A DNA stretch of 64,000 nt, from the NCBI RefSeq assembly GCF_964204645.1, contig NC_134026.1, positions 20,122,150-20,186,149 on the forward strand, read 5' to 3'. Numbering within the stretch: the stretch's first letter is position 1; each line of letters starts with the position of its first letter. This stretch comes from Tubulanus polymorphus. Lineage: Eukaryota > Animalia > Nemertea. This document shows, one piece after another, positions 23,740 to 37,789 of this stretch. Under the pieces are notes generated by a model. The model saw only the letters and a list, made by a program, of their open reading frames with translations. It did no database searches and was not told where the DNA came from. Position numbers and translations under genes: made by a program.

Positions 23740-25037
23740 GAGGCATGTACATCGGAATGCCCGGCAATAATCTAACTCGTACTTTAATCGTTAGTGATTA
23801 CTTCAAAGTGATCTACATTGAGTTACACATGATGGTGAACTTATATATATACGATTTTCGTTTAATTGTAAATTAATTTTTTCTCATTTATTTTCATTAT
23901 GATGTATATATTAAATATATATTGATAGTAACTAACACGAAATAGACAACCCAGAGAGTACCGTGAAGTCGTACGCGAGCAGGACGATGTTTTCTAAACA
24001 ATGAAAAGAGCGCCTGGTCTGTAGTTTGAGTAGTTACCAGTATTCGTAAATAGGTAGTTTCGAAATCGATAACTCCACGGTGTCCTGGCAGAAGCTGAAT
24101 TTCGTTTAATATCGTTTATTTATTCTCAGGAATTTTGATTTTATGTATACCTATTTTTTTCTACGCGAAAACATAAAAAAACGTGCATTATATCATGATT
24201 TTTGGCCAATTCTCTCGTGCTGCTAAGCTTTCATCGTCCCCGCGTGAATTTCAGAATGAAAGGACACATATTGAATCGAAATCACTTCATCGCTGCTTTA
24301 GTTCGTAAATTCATGGGCTATTTTCGTTTTTTGGGGTCCATGGTAAATTCTAACGTCGACAATAGAAAATTACGCCAGCAATTTCTGAAACGATTACACC
24401 GACCATTTTGTCCATCGCCTGCGATAAAAAAAAACGTAAACGTGTCTTGTTCATCGTCACGAATGTTCAACAAAATGATCTGCGCTAGGCTCTATATGAA
24501 CTTCTTACACTTTGCCATCGTCTGTATAGCAAAGCAATCGTGGATGCGAGATACAATTTCACAGCGTTCATATCAGAGAGATTCGAAGCTAGCGAAATTA
24601 TCCTTCGCTTTCTTTCTCATTTCCCTAAGTAGCCATAGCGTCATTCTTTGAAGAGTAATTAAATTCTATGTGAGTTGGAAAATCTTTTGTTAAAGAAATG
24701 TAAGGTAATCTTATCCGTAACTACACCGTTCACGTCTATCTATAGATTCTGTAAATAGGTACATTTTGGAGGGCCAGTTGCAGCATTCTCACATATATTA
24801 TATATCCCGCATTTACATATATACCTTATATATACTGTGCCACCAGACGCTAGGCATTTCAACTTCCAGAGAGGACAAGCCTTTATAAGCATATTGGTGT
24901 TTACATATTCTGCTATGCAATCCCGCGCGAACAACTACGTAACTTATTCTATTATAGTATGTGAATGAATGGAAATATTAATAATAATGTTATAAATGAA
25001 AAAAAAAGATATGTACTAGAAACAGATACACTCGTTT

Positions 25038-25043
25038 AATAAA
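25038..25043 (+). promoter_or_regulatory. Candidate polyadenylation signal for the FREM1-like gene
   Basis: AATAAA ~1.65 kb past the stop, followed by a T-rich stretch (tttcatttcgcttcgtttttcttc). Confidence 0.4.
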
Positions 25044-25134
25044 TTAGTTCTAGGAACGAATTTCATTTCGCTTCGTTTTTCTTCTGAGCGGTAGAACATT
25101 TTGGAGAGGATGTTTCATTGGGATAGTCGTACGT

Positions 25135-25232
25135 AAGAATCCCCTGGGTGAAAATCCCCAAGTAAGAACACCCTAGGTAAAAATCCCCAAGGTCGAAATC
25201 CCCAAATCCCCAAAGTAGTTAAAAATCCCCTC
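25135..25232 (+). repeat. AAAATCCCC-type short tandem array (transposon subterminal-like)
   Basis: About six AATCCCC motifs in ~100 bp. Confidence 0.6.
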
Positions 25233-26406
25233 TTAGCGATTTTTCAAGAAAATTCCAAACCAAGATATATTTCTTCAATTCTATAATTATTTGCGATGAA
25301 ACTGCCATATATTTGAACTGTGCAATGAACTCATCTGTTGCGATAGATCTTTAAAAAAATTTCTACCGCTAACCGAATTTTCTGTACTATGATTGTTGAT
25401 TGGATGTCACTATCGACACGAATGCATTAATTTGCTGGATTACGAAGTCTAGAATGCGTTGATTGGATATTGAATACTTATATCGATGCGGATTGGCTGT
25501 CAAGAACCCGCGCAGATAGGCGCGTTTATTCAATATTTATAGGAAAAGACAGTATTATCTTGTGCGTTAAATTTAGGATGCTTGAATGTATCTACGTGAC
25601 ATGGCGAGCCGTATCGAGGTTTAATTCGACCCCGTAGACGCACAAAGGGCACAATAATATCCACAACTCAAAGATAAGATAATTACTTATAGATTGAATG
25701 CAGCCATCTGGGCATAAATAAGAAAAGCTAACGTCGTAAAACGCTTTTTTCGTTTCTCAATTACGTCCGGTCTCTGCGCTTGGATCAATCTGGCTTTTAT
25801 CTAGAAGAAGCCGGTAAGAGCAACGCTGTCTATCAGAGCTGAATCATTGGCCACCGGAGAGTTGATCGGGGATTGATACAAGATGCACTTAGATTCGCAT
25901 TACTTTTTGACGGATAATAATTAATTGGTTTTTCGTGTTGTATCGACGTGTTGCTGCCTGGTTATTACGCCGCCCGGCTCGATGCGCCGACTGTCAGGAA
26001 TAACATTCGCGGCGATGCGCAGACCGTCGACACGAGCTCTTCATCCCCAAGTGACGTTGGTGTCGTCTGTGCCAGTTGAACGTGCGGTGGCGTAAGACTT
26101 TTTTGTTGAGATAGAAAGTAATCGCTCACGAATCGCTACGCGCCTTGATGACGATGCGGGAATTGCGGGTGTATCGACGGCCGTCCGAAGGGAATTACTA
26201 CAACTGACCAGAATCGCGATGAAGACACGATAACTTTTTTTTCCAGCCATCGAATCTAAGATCGAAGGCGTATTCCATGGGTGAATAATACACCGAATCA
26301 GATGCCTTCAGTGGTGGTTGAACGATTTATCACCGAGTATCCAAGAGCTCTTAAATGTGAATTAATCATGAAATCAACTCCCATTTTTCGATGTATAATA
26401 ATGTAC

Positions 26407-26759
26407 CAGGGATGGATCCAAGGGGAGGGTGTGAGGGTGCGCATCCCTTCCTAAAAATGTCGATTCACCCTGAAATTCTACGGAAAATGAAAAATATTCA
26501 ACTGGACCCGGTAAGATTTGACTCAGAGTTAACTCATTGAAAATGAACTAATTTTAACTCTGAGTTGACTCAAACACTTGACTGTGGAACTGGATTCAAA
26601 TACCTAAAAAAAGGTTTAATTCATATGTTCATCCTCTGTATTTCCAAAAAGTGAGTTAAATTTTTTGCACTGAGCTTTCTTTTGGGGTGCCCCTTTTAAT
26701 AATATGTGCCCTATTTCGGGTTGCAACCCTCCCTGAATTAAACCCCATATCCGCCCTAG
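26407..26759. mobile_element. Degenerate MITE of the CAGGG..GGATCC class with a nested Harbinger-like MITE (~26504-26598)
   Basis: CAGGGATGGATCCAAGG... / ...ATATCCGCCCTAG. The internal AAGATTTGACTCAGAGT palindrome matches 2698-2800. No TSD visible. Confidence 0.5.
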
Positions 26760-28018
26760 TTTCAGATGTCGTGGCAATCGTAATCGCGTTTATTGTTTGT
26801 AATCGGAACCGTACGATTACATTTGACTCCGAGTCCATTTTTCAGAGCGTATTTTTCGCTCTACGTGCGTTCTATGCACTTATACGTAAATTACACGTCA
26901 AATTAGTTCTTGCTTAGTTGTCGGCTTAAGTATATATACGAGATCGAACGGCCTTTGAATTTCTGTCAGGTAATTTTCTTCGACGAGTTCAAGATCCTCC
27001 GGAGTCCGCAGTAATTACGTCGAAGATCGCGTTCGATCTTGGTCGATCTGCCGGGTTGGATAAAATGCGCGTAAAAATAGCTCATGCATGCGCGAATACC
27101 ACGGAAAAGCCGTCGCTATAACACCGGAAAAATCCATATCCCCGACAACCTTTGCTTTCTCCTTTCATCGAAACAGAAAGAAATATCTGCGTCTAAGTAT
27201 CTATTTATTCAGCGAGACTTAAATCGCTAATCTATGCGATATACTGGAACAACGATGGCGGAGAATGTCAATGAAATCTTATTTCATCTTTTTTCCCATT
27301 CGGTCGGCGTTAAGGGAATCATCGGCCAATCTCAGATGATCGTCTGCGATATGTAAGTGAAGCGCGGCTGAAGAATACCGACAGCCTTCGACGCGAGCTC
27401 TGTACAACGAGATGTGTTGTTCTTCTTCGTCGAATGCGCGGACGGGGTCAACGAGAACAGCTAACTCGATAAACTGAGCCATAAACGTCGAATCGCGACT
27501 GAATACTTGATGATGATCAAACGATTTTACATCGAAACGCATAAAACATGTATATAGATTTAGTGGGTGGGTGTGTGTTCAGTGCGAGACATTTCTTCTC
27601 TCTGTGTTCCATTAAGATTTACACGAAGTCGAGGTTAAGGTTTTTTAGTCCTGAATGATTGAAGATTTCGCGTGTCGAAAAGGAATCACATTTCCTATGC
27701 CTCATTGAAGCGCGTTTCGTGGAGAACACAGGCGTCAAATTAGTGAAAGTTACGATCAAAGCAGAAATGAATCAAGCAAACTGAAATCCTGTGAAATATA
27801 GATTTCCTGGAATTTCTCTATACGTTGTAAGCGTCTCGTCGAGAATGATATGAAGTGCTCAATTTTCTTTTCCAGCAGATGACTATTCTCGAAAAATAGG
27901 CACTCTTTGCTAGAAATATTTTTTCGGTCCTTTTGCGCGGAAGAATAACCATTTCAGTTTGGATACCAAGTCGAAGAATGGCCACACTGTTGAAGAGTTG
28001 AATTTTACATTGAATCTT

Positions 28019-28155
28019 CAGGGCCGTACCTAGCGGGGGAATATTAAATATATAATATAATGATATTGATATCCCCAATAGATATAATGATATTGATATC
28101 CCCCCCAAAAAAAATAAATCGAAATAAGTTCAAATTGTAGGTAGGTACGGCCCTG
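28019..28155. mobile_element. MITE, TIR CAGGGCCGTACCTA
   Basis: Perfect 14-bp TIR; internal duplication of ATATAATGATATTGATATCCCC. Confidence 0.7.
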
Positions 28156-29395
28156 TACAATGAATAGAACATTCTTACCTACAATTTTGTTCGCTCATCT
28201 TTTTCTTCTCCTAACAAGACACGTTTTCTGAATATTACTGCTAATTGCATTCTACAAGAGTTGGCAACACAAATATGTTTTAAGGATTCGCTTGAAACGA
28301 TGTTATCGGAGGGTCTGATTTCACGTGGAACTATCCACTCTGCCTCTGGGCCAAGAAAGCAATAAGAAATCACTTAAACGCCTCGAATTGAGACTCATGA
28401 ATTGTCTTGATAGACAAGCGTATATACCGGTACGTAAAAGGTAGATGAATAATTACTAAAATCATTAAGATAAACGTTGGTGTGCACTAAGCATTCTCAT
28501 TATTCCAAACAATTTTCTTGGTAGGATATGATCGGTGTACTACCAGGATGGGTCTCTACGAGACGTGTTGACATGGTGACAGCGAGGAGATAAAGGGTCA
28601 TTTTGTTCCTGCCAATCTCTTTTTCCTCTAACATGTAATAATGAGCAGGCTAATGACAGAAATTGGTATAATTTGACAAGCCCTCATCTTGCGTGTTGAG
28701 ACGGCAATAGTTTTCTTGTACGGTATATATGGATACGATGTGCGTATAGCATCAAGTCACGCGCGCGTGGAAAATGATTGAAAGGAGTATTGGCAGTCGT
28801 GAAATTCTGCTATCAGAATGATTATTATTTATTCAAAACTATACGACAGACACACTATTTAGGGTGAAGACCTTCTGATTCTGTAGACCTAAGCATAGGT
28901 TACGGCGGCGGAATGAAGAAATATCCCCGAAGGAAGCCGCGTACACTAAGGCCGTACAGCGGCGATTAACTTATCGTCGACCGGTCGCATTAATGCGCCG
29001 TGTCGCAATTGCAATTTGGAGAACGATCGGGTGTAATTTTTAGATAGACTCATCATAAACCGTCGCACGAAAATTTCTAATTTCCTGCTCAAGATGAGAA
29101 ATCGTCGAGAGCTTATGTTATGACTGCTGTTTGTCACGACTGTAGATTGACGAGCATTCCAATATACAAAATAAACAAACCCGCAGCCTGTCTGTCGCGT
29201 GATTCCAGTCGAATCCCCCAAAATTGTTCGACTAGATAAGTTCGCATCTTCATCGAAGCAACGAACACAGTTCCGCAATCATGACAGCCTGACTCGGTCA
29301 TAGGTATAATCGAAAATCAGAATCGATCTTAACTTAAGATCCATGTTGACATGTAAATGGTATTGGACTGGTAGACCGGTATCAACTATATACCT

Positions 29396-29507
29396 GGGCC
29401 CTGTTTTATAGACTGGTATTATCTTTAACCCGGGGGTTAACTCAATTGAAAAAGTTAGCCCCCGCGTTAACCCCCCCCCCCCCCCCGTTAATTGTTAAGA
29501 CTGGCCC
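29396..29507. mobile_element. Harbinger-like MITE
   Basis: GGGCCCTGTTTTATAGAC... / ...AAGACTGGCCC; related to 57678-57820. Confidence 0.58.
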
Positions 29508-32500
29508 TTGGATTTCAAATTTCCCCTTATTGTCCGGCGGCAATTCTCTATTGGAGAAAACGCATGAACCTTGATACAACGTTATATGTCGTATACCGAA
29601 ATTAAGATTTGATATTTTTTCGCAGAGAGATTTTGATTCGTAATTATTTTCTGCAAAACAACATATCGAGGAAAATCATTTCATTATCCCCAGAACACTT
29701 CAGTTACCTTTTGGAATTCTATACAGTGGGAACTTATCTGTAATTACATATTCACCGGTATACACGAGATATATCGAAGATCTTATGGGGGCTGTGATCT
29801 TTCTCGGAATGCTTGAGATGTACATGCGTAGATATGTGGATGCATTCGTGGAGGTATGAAAAATGTCTGATCTGAATTTTCATTAGAGGATACGATGTTT
29901 GTTCCTGGTCAACGTTCGGGTAACATCTCGAAGGTCGCCTACCGCCGAATGATAAAAATCACGAAGCCGGGAGTGCATACGGAAGATATTCGATCGTTTC
30001 ACGTATATAGCGAAAGGTACCACTTATGTCAAATTTAGACGTCGAGGAATGTACATAGCCCAACACGGCGTTGTAGACTAAATTGAACGATAATGCATCA
30101 TGGAATGGATTTAATTCAACGGCTTATGTTTCAAAATTGGACACCTATTACAAGTTACGTTTATAACGGCTAGGACGGATAATCTCGCGAGGTAAATAGT
30201 CGAAAAGTCAAGGTTAAATAGACATTATTCATATGACGATGGAAAAGGGTGGATGACATCGGCATGAACTCTTGCAGCAGGAAAGGTCAAGTTCATGAAA
30301 AAGGAATATATTCGAACTAGTTCTAAACCGAAATATTTCCACATCTTGATTGTTTGAGTAACTTAGAAACATTTTCGTTAGGGAGAACGATTTCTTTTTA
30401 TCCTGTATATAGATTTTGTCTAGCACGTTTCGTTTGCTGACAACAGCTATTCGCATAATATCCATCCATATAACACACTTGAAACTGTTTCTCAAACATA
30501 CCCGCACGACATAACGATACCCTCAAATGCTTTCATCAGAGGCATATTCCGCTTCGAGTACCTTCATCGACTGGAAGAAAAGAAACGCGCGATTATTTGC
30601 AAGTGAGTCGCAATCGATAGCGCTCAATTTAAGCAGTAGATTATTGAATTGCCTCGTTGCCTTTTAGACGCCGAATTCAATATTTGGATGCGCTTGGATT
30701 TAATCTTGTATAGCCTCGCGTGCTGGCCGTACACTTAACAGCCTAGACTCCAGGCTGGTATCGGAAGAATCCATTAATGGGTTTTGAGTATAAATTCTAT
30801 TCTTCGAATAACTGCCGCCATTATTGGATCATAATATCTACGCTAACAGATCAACTTAACGTTGAATTCTCGTATTACGAAACGACTAAACGTAACGGCT
30901 GGAATCCCTTTCTTTCGTATAGATTTTTGTTGAAAAAGAACTAGGGATTATCAATTATAATTCGGCCTTTTTGAATCGAATTTGCTTGACGCTTTTTATA
31001 ATGGAGAAAGTCTCTGCTTTCCATAATGTAAGGCTATTGTGAAATTTTGTTTGCGTCACGATTTGAAATATTTCCCGGGCAGAGAAGTTAAGTTTTCTAA
31101 TATAGATATTCTTAATGTGATAAGGATTTATGTTGTAATCCTTATTATTGATTCGAAACTTTGGCGTATATACAAAATGTTAAAACTCAAAAGAGAACAC
31201 AGTTTACACTGGTGCCTTCGCGAAAAGGTCTAACTTCTAAATTGATTCTCAATAAGATGAAATAATGACGAAATTAGATCGATTTAAGATTTAATAGTTC
31301 TTTTGAAACATAGCCCAGGGCCCAGTTTCATCAACAAAATGTTATCTTAAAACGGTTAAGTTTGAATTGTTGGCCTCATCGGAAATATGAAGAAACCAAT
31401 AGTGATTAAAGCAAAATTTTGAGATTCCCCGAAACTGCGACCCCGGCACAACAGTTTAATCTGACGACACGCATCGGCTTACTATTGACTTTCACATCCA
31501 AGCACAAGAGCATGGATTCAATAATATTTTGCCCTTGAAAACGACTCCATTTTACCCTTCGAACTACACGTAAACAGTCTTCACCGTCGTATGCTTGCGG
31601 TGTAATCATTCAAATTTGCATTGTTAAGCGACTAATTCGCCAATTGCGACGATACTGGCAGCAAAATCGCTCGTCCTGCGTGAATAGAGGAAATTGCTTC
31701 TTGTAGATGGTTAATGCTTTATAAAATCCCCGTGCTATAATGGCCCCGTGCCAAACGTGCGACATTTTATGTTTATTTCGGAGTCTTCGTTGATAACATC
31801 GCATATTGGCCGTCATGAAAGTCGTCCGTAGCACTTCAAGTTCAAGTTAAATCTAATTTGTTTCATAGAAAAGAACATGTAGATATCCATAATCATATTT
31901 ACAATAACAAGATTGAGAAAAGTTTCATTTTTGAGTGAATGTATATAAACATGGTGGGAAAAATGAATGGTGTACGTAGATGATTTACATTTCTATGAGA
32001 GCCAAGCAAAGCTTAACAGAAGGCCGCGCTGGAGCGAGCGCCCAGGAGAGGGAAAATTAATTCAGAGCCACTTTCGCGTCATGGCCAATGATGCACTCTG
32101 TGATGTCACGTGAAGAATCTCTTCATATACACATGTCTGTCACACTGCGGTGAAATTCAGATGAATTGAATAGAACTGTATGGGCCCCAGCGAGATCATC
32201 GATTTCAGGGTAGCCGACGATGCGTCAAATCATGATGAGAAAATCTTCGAAGGCTTGGTCAAAAGGAGTGAGCTCGTTCTAGTTCTAAAACGAATACTAT
32301 TCAACGATGCGTTGAAGGGAATCATTATGACCCGGTATATACGCGTCGTGGATTTCGACCGAAAAGAAACGAAAATTAATTAGTGAAATTCGTTTTCATG
32401 CCAGGCGCAAGTGCGCCGGAACGCATTCTCGTTAATTGACAACCTGCGCGCGCGGTAACGAGCGCATTCTTCAGTTCACTCGAGTTGCTGTATAGGTCGA

Positions 32501-35095
32501 GTGTGAAAGAATATGATAAAAACGCGCTACACGCATTTCCATTTGAAAGCTAATTCCTGCGGAAAATTGAACAAAAACAGCGGGGAATTAATCCCGTACT
32601 TCAATAGCCCTCCCGGACGTTCGGTTTTCATGTGCCGTCTTGGCAGACGACGTTGGGAAAATAAGAAGAATCGGCCATATCTCCGAGTTGTAGGTGTGCT
32701 CTGCTCGGGCACCGTCGAGTAAAATCTCTCGCTGTTTTTCTTTCTGGATGCGTTTTGTTTTGCTGACCGGGTAGAAAACGGTAACGACGTTCGCGTCGTT
32801 CATTTGCAGCAAGCTGTCCGCGAACGAGCTAAAAATACGCGAGCCATTCGACGCCGCGATGACATGTCTGAGCTGTGACTTGGAATTCTGGTCGGATGTA
32901 AAACAACGTTCAGTATCTACCTTTATCGTTTGTTATAACTAAAGAATACAAACGTGCTGATGCTGAAATGACCGCGCGACATTGACAGAATTGATAACAG
33001 CGTTTGTGCGCGACGAATTGGTCGGGAATATCTCAGTATCGTCTTCGACGGTTTAAGTCGTCGCCGTTGCACAGGCACACGCGCTCTGCTTTCAAATCAA
33101 GTCAGTGTTGTTCCCGGAGCCGAGTATGTCACATGAAAGGTAAGCGAACAAGTATTTAATAATCACGCTTTCATGTCGTTCGTGCGTCGTCGTCTTGGAT
33201 CCAGCAAACGATCTATATGCATATATACGTACGTATGCATATATATATATAAATTATCCCCCTTTTATCACGTACGTATGGGCGCTTCAAACAACGGGTA
33301 CATCGGTTTCTTTTTATGTATGTATAAGTTCTTGGTTTTTCATTGAAAGTCCAATAGGAAACTGCATGAATTTGGCGGTTTTGAATATTGTTAATTAGTG
33401 TTAGTTTAATCATCTGCCGACGATTGTAAATACGTTTGCAGGTACGTATTCTACCCATTCCGTTCGTCTGAAATTATTCTTCAAATTACAAGCGTACGCC
33501 CAGCTGCAGCCATTGTGATTTTTCTCACTTATAGCGAATTCGATTTCTGCCTACCCGATAGTGTCGACTATCACGATGTCGACCGGTAATGAGTACATAA
33601 AGAACAGCTCGTCGATTCAGACGCGGTTAATCTGAGCGTTAAAACTCGACTCAAACCGGTGTGAAATCGAATCTATCCAGATGAAATATCATTTCGAACG
33701 TCGCTACAGGAAACGGAATTGTTCAAATTAACTAACTGCACGCCTATACGATATGACATTTCGTTTTTCATTTTCGTGGCTGTCCGCGTAAGTCTAGACG
33801 ACGTGTCTCCAAACGATTTGCTATACGCAGATTATTTGAATTACGAAAATCGATTAGCCGTTCGTATTTTGACGATGCCGAATCAGCAAAAGCTTCAATT
33901 TAAATTTCCAATATAACAGGCGTCTTATATCTGTCATTTCATCTGAAAATATCTATATCAACCCACATTTGGAATCAGGGAAAGGATTTTTCTCGGGCCA
34001 GGTGGCTGTATTAAAATCGTGTTATAAACGCAAAACACATCGACTTAATTAGGTCAAGAAACCGCGACTTGCACTACACCTCACCTTACTCGGACTTATG
34101 ACCTATTCGGACAAAGACGGGATCATATTTTGTGATTTCCTAACTTTCTTTCCTATCCATAACTCGGACTTCGCTTACCTAAAACCAGTTTGTTCCGTCT
34201 TCACCCGTCAAGAGATTCGAACTCATGCTAAAGCCGTTATCCGAGTTGATTTGAAGCGGAGCGATACCGGACCGCAAAAAGGCAAGCGAGGATGAGTGTT
34301 TATGCGAGAAAGACGAGGTTTACTGTATCACGTTTTTTTCGACACATTAATTTCGTTGTGATAAAGGGTCTAGACGGTTTTGCACGAGTCTCAGATAAGC
34401 TGCCGTACTGTATAAACCCATTTTTTCAATGTAGATATTTTCTGAATTTCATGAGACATATATAATTTTCGACAATTCTTTCGGTACAGCGTATACGACT
34501 GTCACTTGAACAGCGACAATCTCGCGAGGAAAACGAAAGAAATTTCAGTTTCTGATCTTAAATTGAGTTTCGGATCGAAAATCAAGTAACGGTAATTCGA
34601 TTCGAAAAGATCCAATTACGCAAGAACTTCGCACGCACGTCATGATACGTCTGCACGAGGCTTACACAATATGGATCGTCTTTAGCCACCGGTACAGAAT
34701 GATCAGACGAAACAATATATCTTAATTCAGATATTCTCGTGTCTCGTTAATAAAGATTTAGGGCTATATTCTAGCTCGACAGACCGAATTAATCTTCTTA
34801 TAACCCTGATTAATGCGCAGGATGTGTATCACGTCATAATTAACCGAGTCCCGGCACTTCGTATACGTATATACATATACATACCGTAATGACACAAGCG
34901 AAAATAGCGCTCGATATGAATGATATTGTTATGAGGAAAGTCCGGTGTCGCGAATTATTCTTTCGCTCACGCACGGCGCAAAAAATGTAAATGTGAGTCG
35001 ACCGTACCTGATAACGGACGGGGCATCTCGTATGAATCTTTAAACACACGAGACGACTTCGTCATACCATCTAATGAGCTTCCGCGTAGAACAAG

Positions 35096-35515
35096 AAATC
35101 TAGCTTCAAAAAAGTTAATTGGCGCCTTGAGAATAACACATATATTGCTTATTAGTGTTGACAATATGATACGATATAAATCATATGATTTTAACGATCA
35201 ATGAAGTAATATCGGAGATTTGAATAATCGATAATTGAATTCAGTTGACCGGCAACCAGTCTAGCCCCGATATATTGATCACGTATTGTGCAAATGGTTA
35301 TTGAAATTATCAAAAAAAAGTTATGAAATATATTTGATTGGAAAATAAATGCCCAAATTCACAATTGTAATTTTGTATTTTGAAACGCCTGAATATCGTA
35401 GACGCTGTGCACACCGACTCGCACAGATGGCCTTAAATAATAGTAAAGTGTAGTAATAAATGTATATATATAAATCATTGTAACGGTTTTACGGTCAAAA
35501 CGGTCGAAAACATCG
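35096..35515 (+). repeat. ~400-bp dispersed repeat family D, copy 1
   Basis: Shares TGACCGGCAACCAGTCT, AAAATAAATGCC, TGAAACGCC and ATTGTAACGGTTTT blocks with the other copies. Confidence 0.72.
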
Positions 35516-35796
35516 TCTTGCTAATGAAAGGCTCATGCCTAGCCCCTCTCGAGTGGCAATGTTTTGTAAGTGTTTCAAAAAAGGGCAGAAAAATTACAAA
35601 CAAATACATATGCCTCATAATCCAACGACGGTTTCTATCGTTTGAACTCTGCATCGCTTGCGGGTGAAGTGTAGTCCAAGTCGTTGGCTGAAGATCATTG
35701 GTAATTGCTTTAGTTAGGAAAATGCGAACTTATGAACCACTTCTTGCAACCGCTTCAAAACACTGCATAGGTCAGTATGATACCGGTTGTAAAGAA

Positions 35797-36230
35797 GAAA
35801 TCTAACTTAAAAGTTTACTATTGACGCCTTGAAAAACAACACACATATTGCTTAATACTGTCGACAATAGAAAAAGATGATATAACACGTGTAATATCGA
35901 GGATCGATAACGGTATTTTAGATTTGAATATATCAATGATTGATTTGAACTGACCGGCAACCAGTCTGACTCCAATATATCGATGACGTAGCACACATCT
36001 TCTCAAATAGAATTATCAAAACCTATCAAAAATAAAATGAAAGTTATGAGATACATTTAGTTACAAAATAAATGCCAAAATTCACAATTTTTTTGTTAGT
36101 CTGAAACGCCAATATTGATGACGTAGTGCACATTGACCCACACAGAACTCCTCATGAAACGCATAGTATACTAGGTATCAATGTCTGTGAAAATAATTGT
36201 AACGGTTTTCACGGCGTAAAAAAAAACATC
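35797..36230 (+). repeat. Family D, copy 2
   Basis: Same blocks in the same order as copy 1; TTGACGCC near the left end. Confidence 0.72.
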
Positions 36231-36952
36231 GGCACAATCAAATAGTGACGGATAAATTTGCAACTTAGATACCTGATGGTTCCGTAGGATTGGCAATGAA
36301 ATAAATCGGTGAAGATCTCTGCGAGCGTTGGATCATCTTTTGCGCGAGAATAGGATCTATACTTACTACATAACAGTACACCGAGGCTTGACAGCTAAAT
36401 TCACTCCCGGTGACTGCCTGAGACTTGTTTGGCTCAGCTGTTAAGTTCCCAACATCGACACCTCACGACGTACGTGCAAGAACACGGCGTTTATTTTTAT
36501 GGCCAACCTCCTCGCGATGTTGAGCCAAAGTACATGTATAATAATTGGTCAAAAATGCGAGTAACTAACAGAAATATCAATGTAAAGAAGACATCTTTCA
36601 CGGTCGCTGTATTGATACATTATTATATGATACGCACAAAGATGTTATCGATTGCAATTTCTTGCGAAACGAAGGGTATTTGAGACCGAACATGACAGGA
36701 CTGCGATGATTAGTTGTAGATTCCTTCGTCGAGTTAAAATCACGCAATTCCACCATTTTCGACGTCCCTACGCAATTTCAGTTTAAAAAAAATTGCTTTC
36801 ATTATATCGCAATTAGTAAGACTTCAAACTGCTATTGTATTTTGACTGATGTAAAGTATCACGAAGACATCAAAGTACCAACGATATGAGTAGACCGACT
36901 GCGAGCATTCGACAATGCAAACATTATTGACTAAAAAGAGAGAGAATGATTT

Positions 36953-37244
36953 ATACGAACTTTCTTATGACCTCCTGATGCCGCAGACGAGATCCGTATC
37001 TGCCAATGCCGAATGAAAATGTAAATATTTGAAAAATGTCTTAGAAATAGAAAAATGAATGAAACATTTCAAGAAGTCAAGATCACTAGATACTCGATCT
37101 TTCGATACGAACTTTCTCGTGACCTGCTCATGCCGCAGACGAGATCCCTATCTGCCAATGCCTAATGAAAATATAATCATTTGAAAATGTCTTACAAATA
37201 GAAAAATAAATGAAGCATGTCAAGAAGTCAAAATCACTAGATAC
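36953..37244 (+). repeat. Tandem duplication, period ~152 bp, ~2 copies
   Basis: ATACGAACTTTCT...ATGCCGCAGACGAGATCC...ATCACTAGATAC at 36953 and at 37105. Confidence 0.85.
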
Positions 37245-37752
37245 ACTGGTAGGTTTACTAAAAACATGGGTTAAAATGTTTGAAAATAATTTAGATACAC
37301 TAAAAACCATTCAACAGGTGAGCCAAAATATGTCGGATTTTTATTTCGCTTTCTCTTGTTCAAACGTTTTTTAGATTTTCGCTCGAATCAGACTCCTATT
37401 ACGTATTTCCGAGGACGCGTGATACATTGCTTCTGGTGCATTTAAGGACTTTGACAAGCCGATTATATATTGAAAATTATACACGCCAGTTGAATCGCCG
37501 AGGGAAACTTGCTCTGAATTTTTAAATTTACGCCGAATGACAACAATACATCAGGGCTGTAATTTTGGCATAACTTTTTCCGTTAGTGATAATAAATAAT
37601 CCTCGCTGCTGCGGTAAAAGAGACTTGTTTCACCGCTAGTGACAGACGATCTATCAACAGCGGCTCAGTTATACCTACGTCTTCGAAATCTGGCCCGTCA
37701 AACATAAGAGTAATTATAAGTATATGCATAATTACTCCAAAGTCTAGACTCG

Positions 37753-37784
37753 CAAAATGGCGCCTAGAAACTGGAAACTTCTTT
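37753..37784. mobile_element. Solo terminal fragment of the same transposon
   Basis: CAAAATGGCGCCTAGAAACTGGAAACTTCTTT, identical to 50150-50181 and also followed by ATT. Confidence 0.75.
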
Positions 37785-37789
37785 ATTGG

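Noticed and set aside
25395-25500. Three ATTGG (CCAAT) boxes as a promoter
   Set aside because: No associated gene start found; such clusters are common in repeats.
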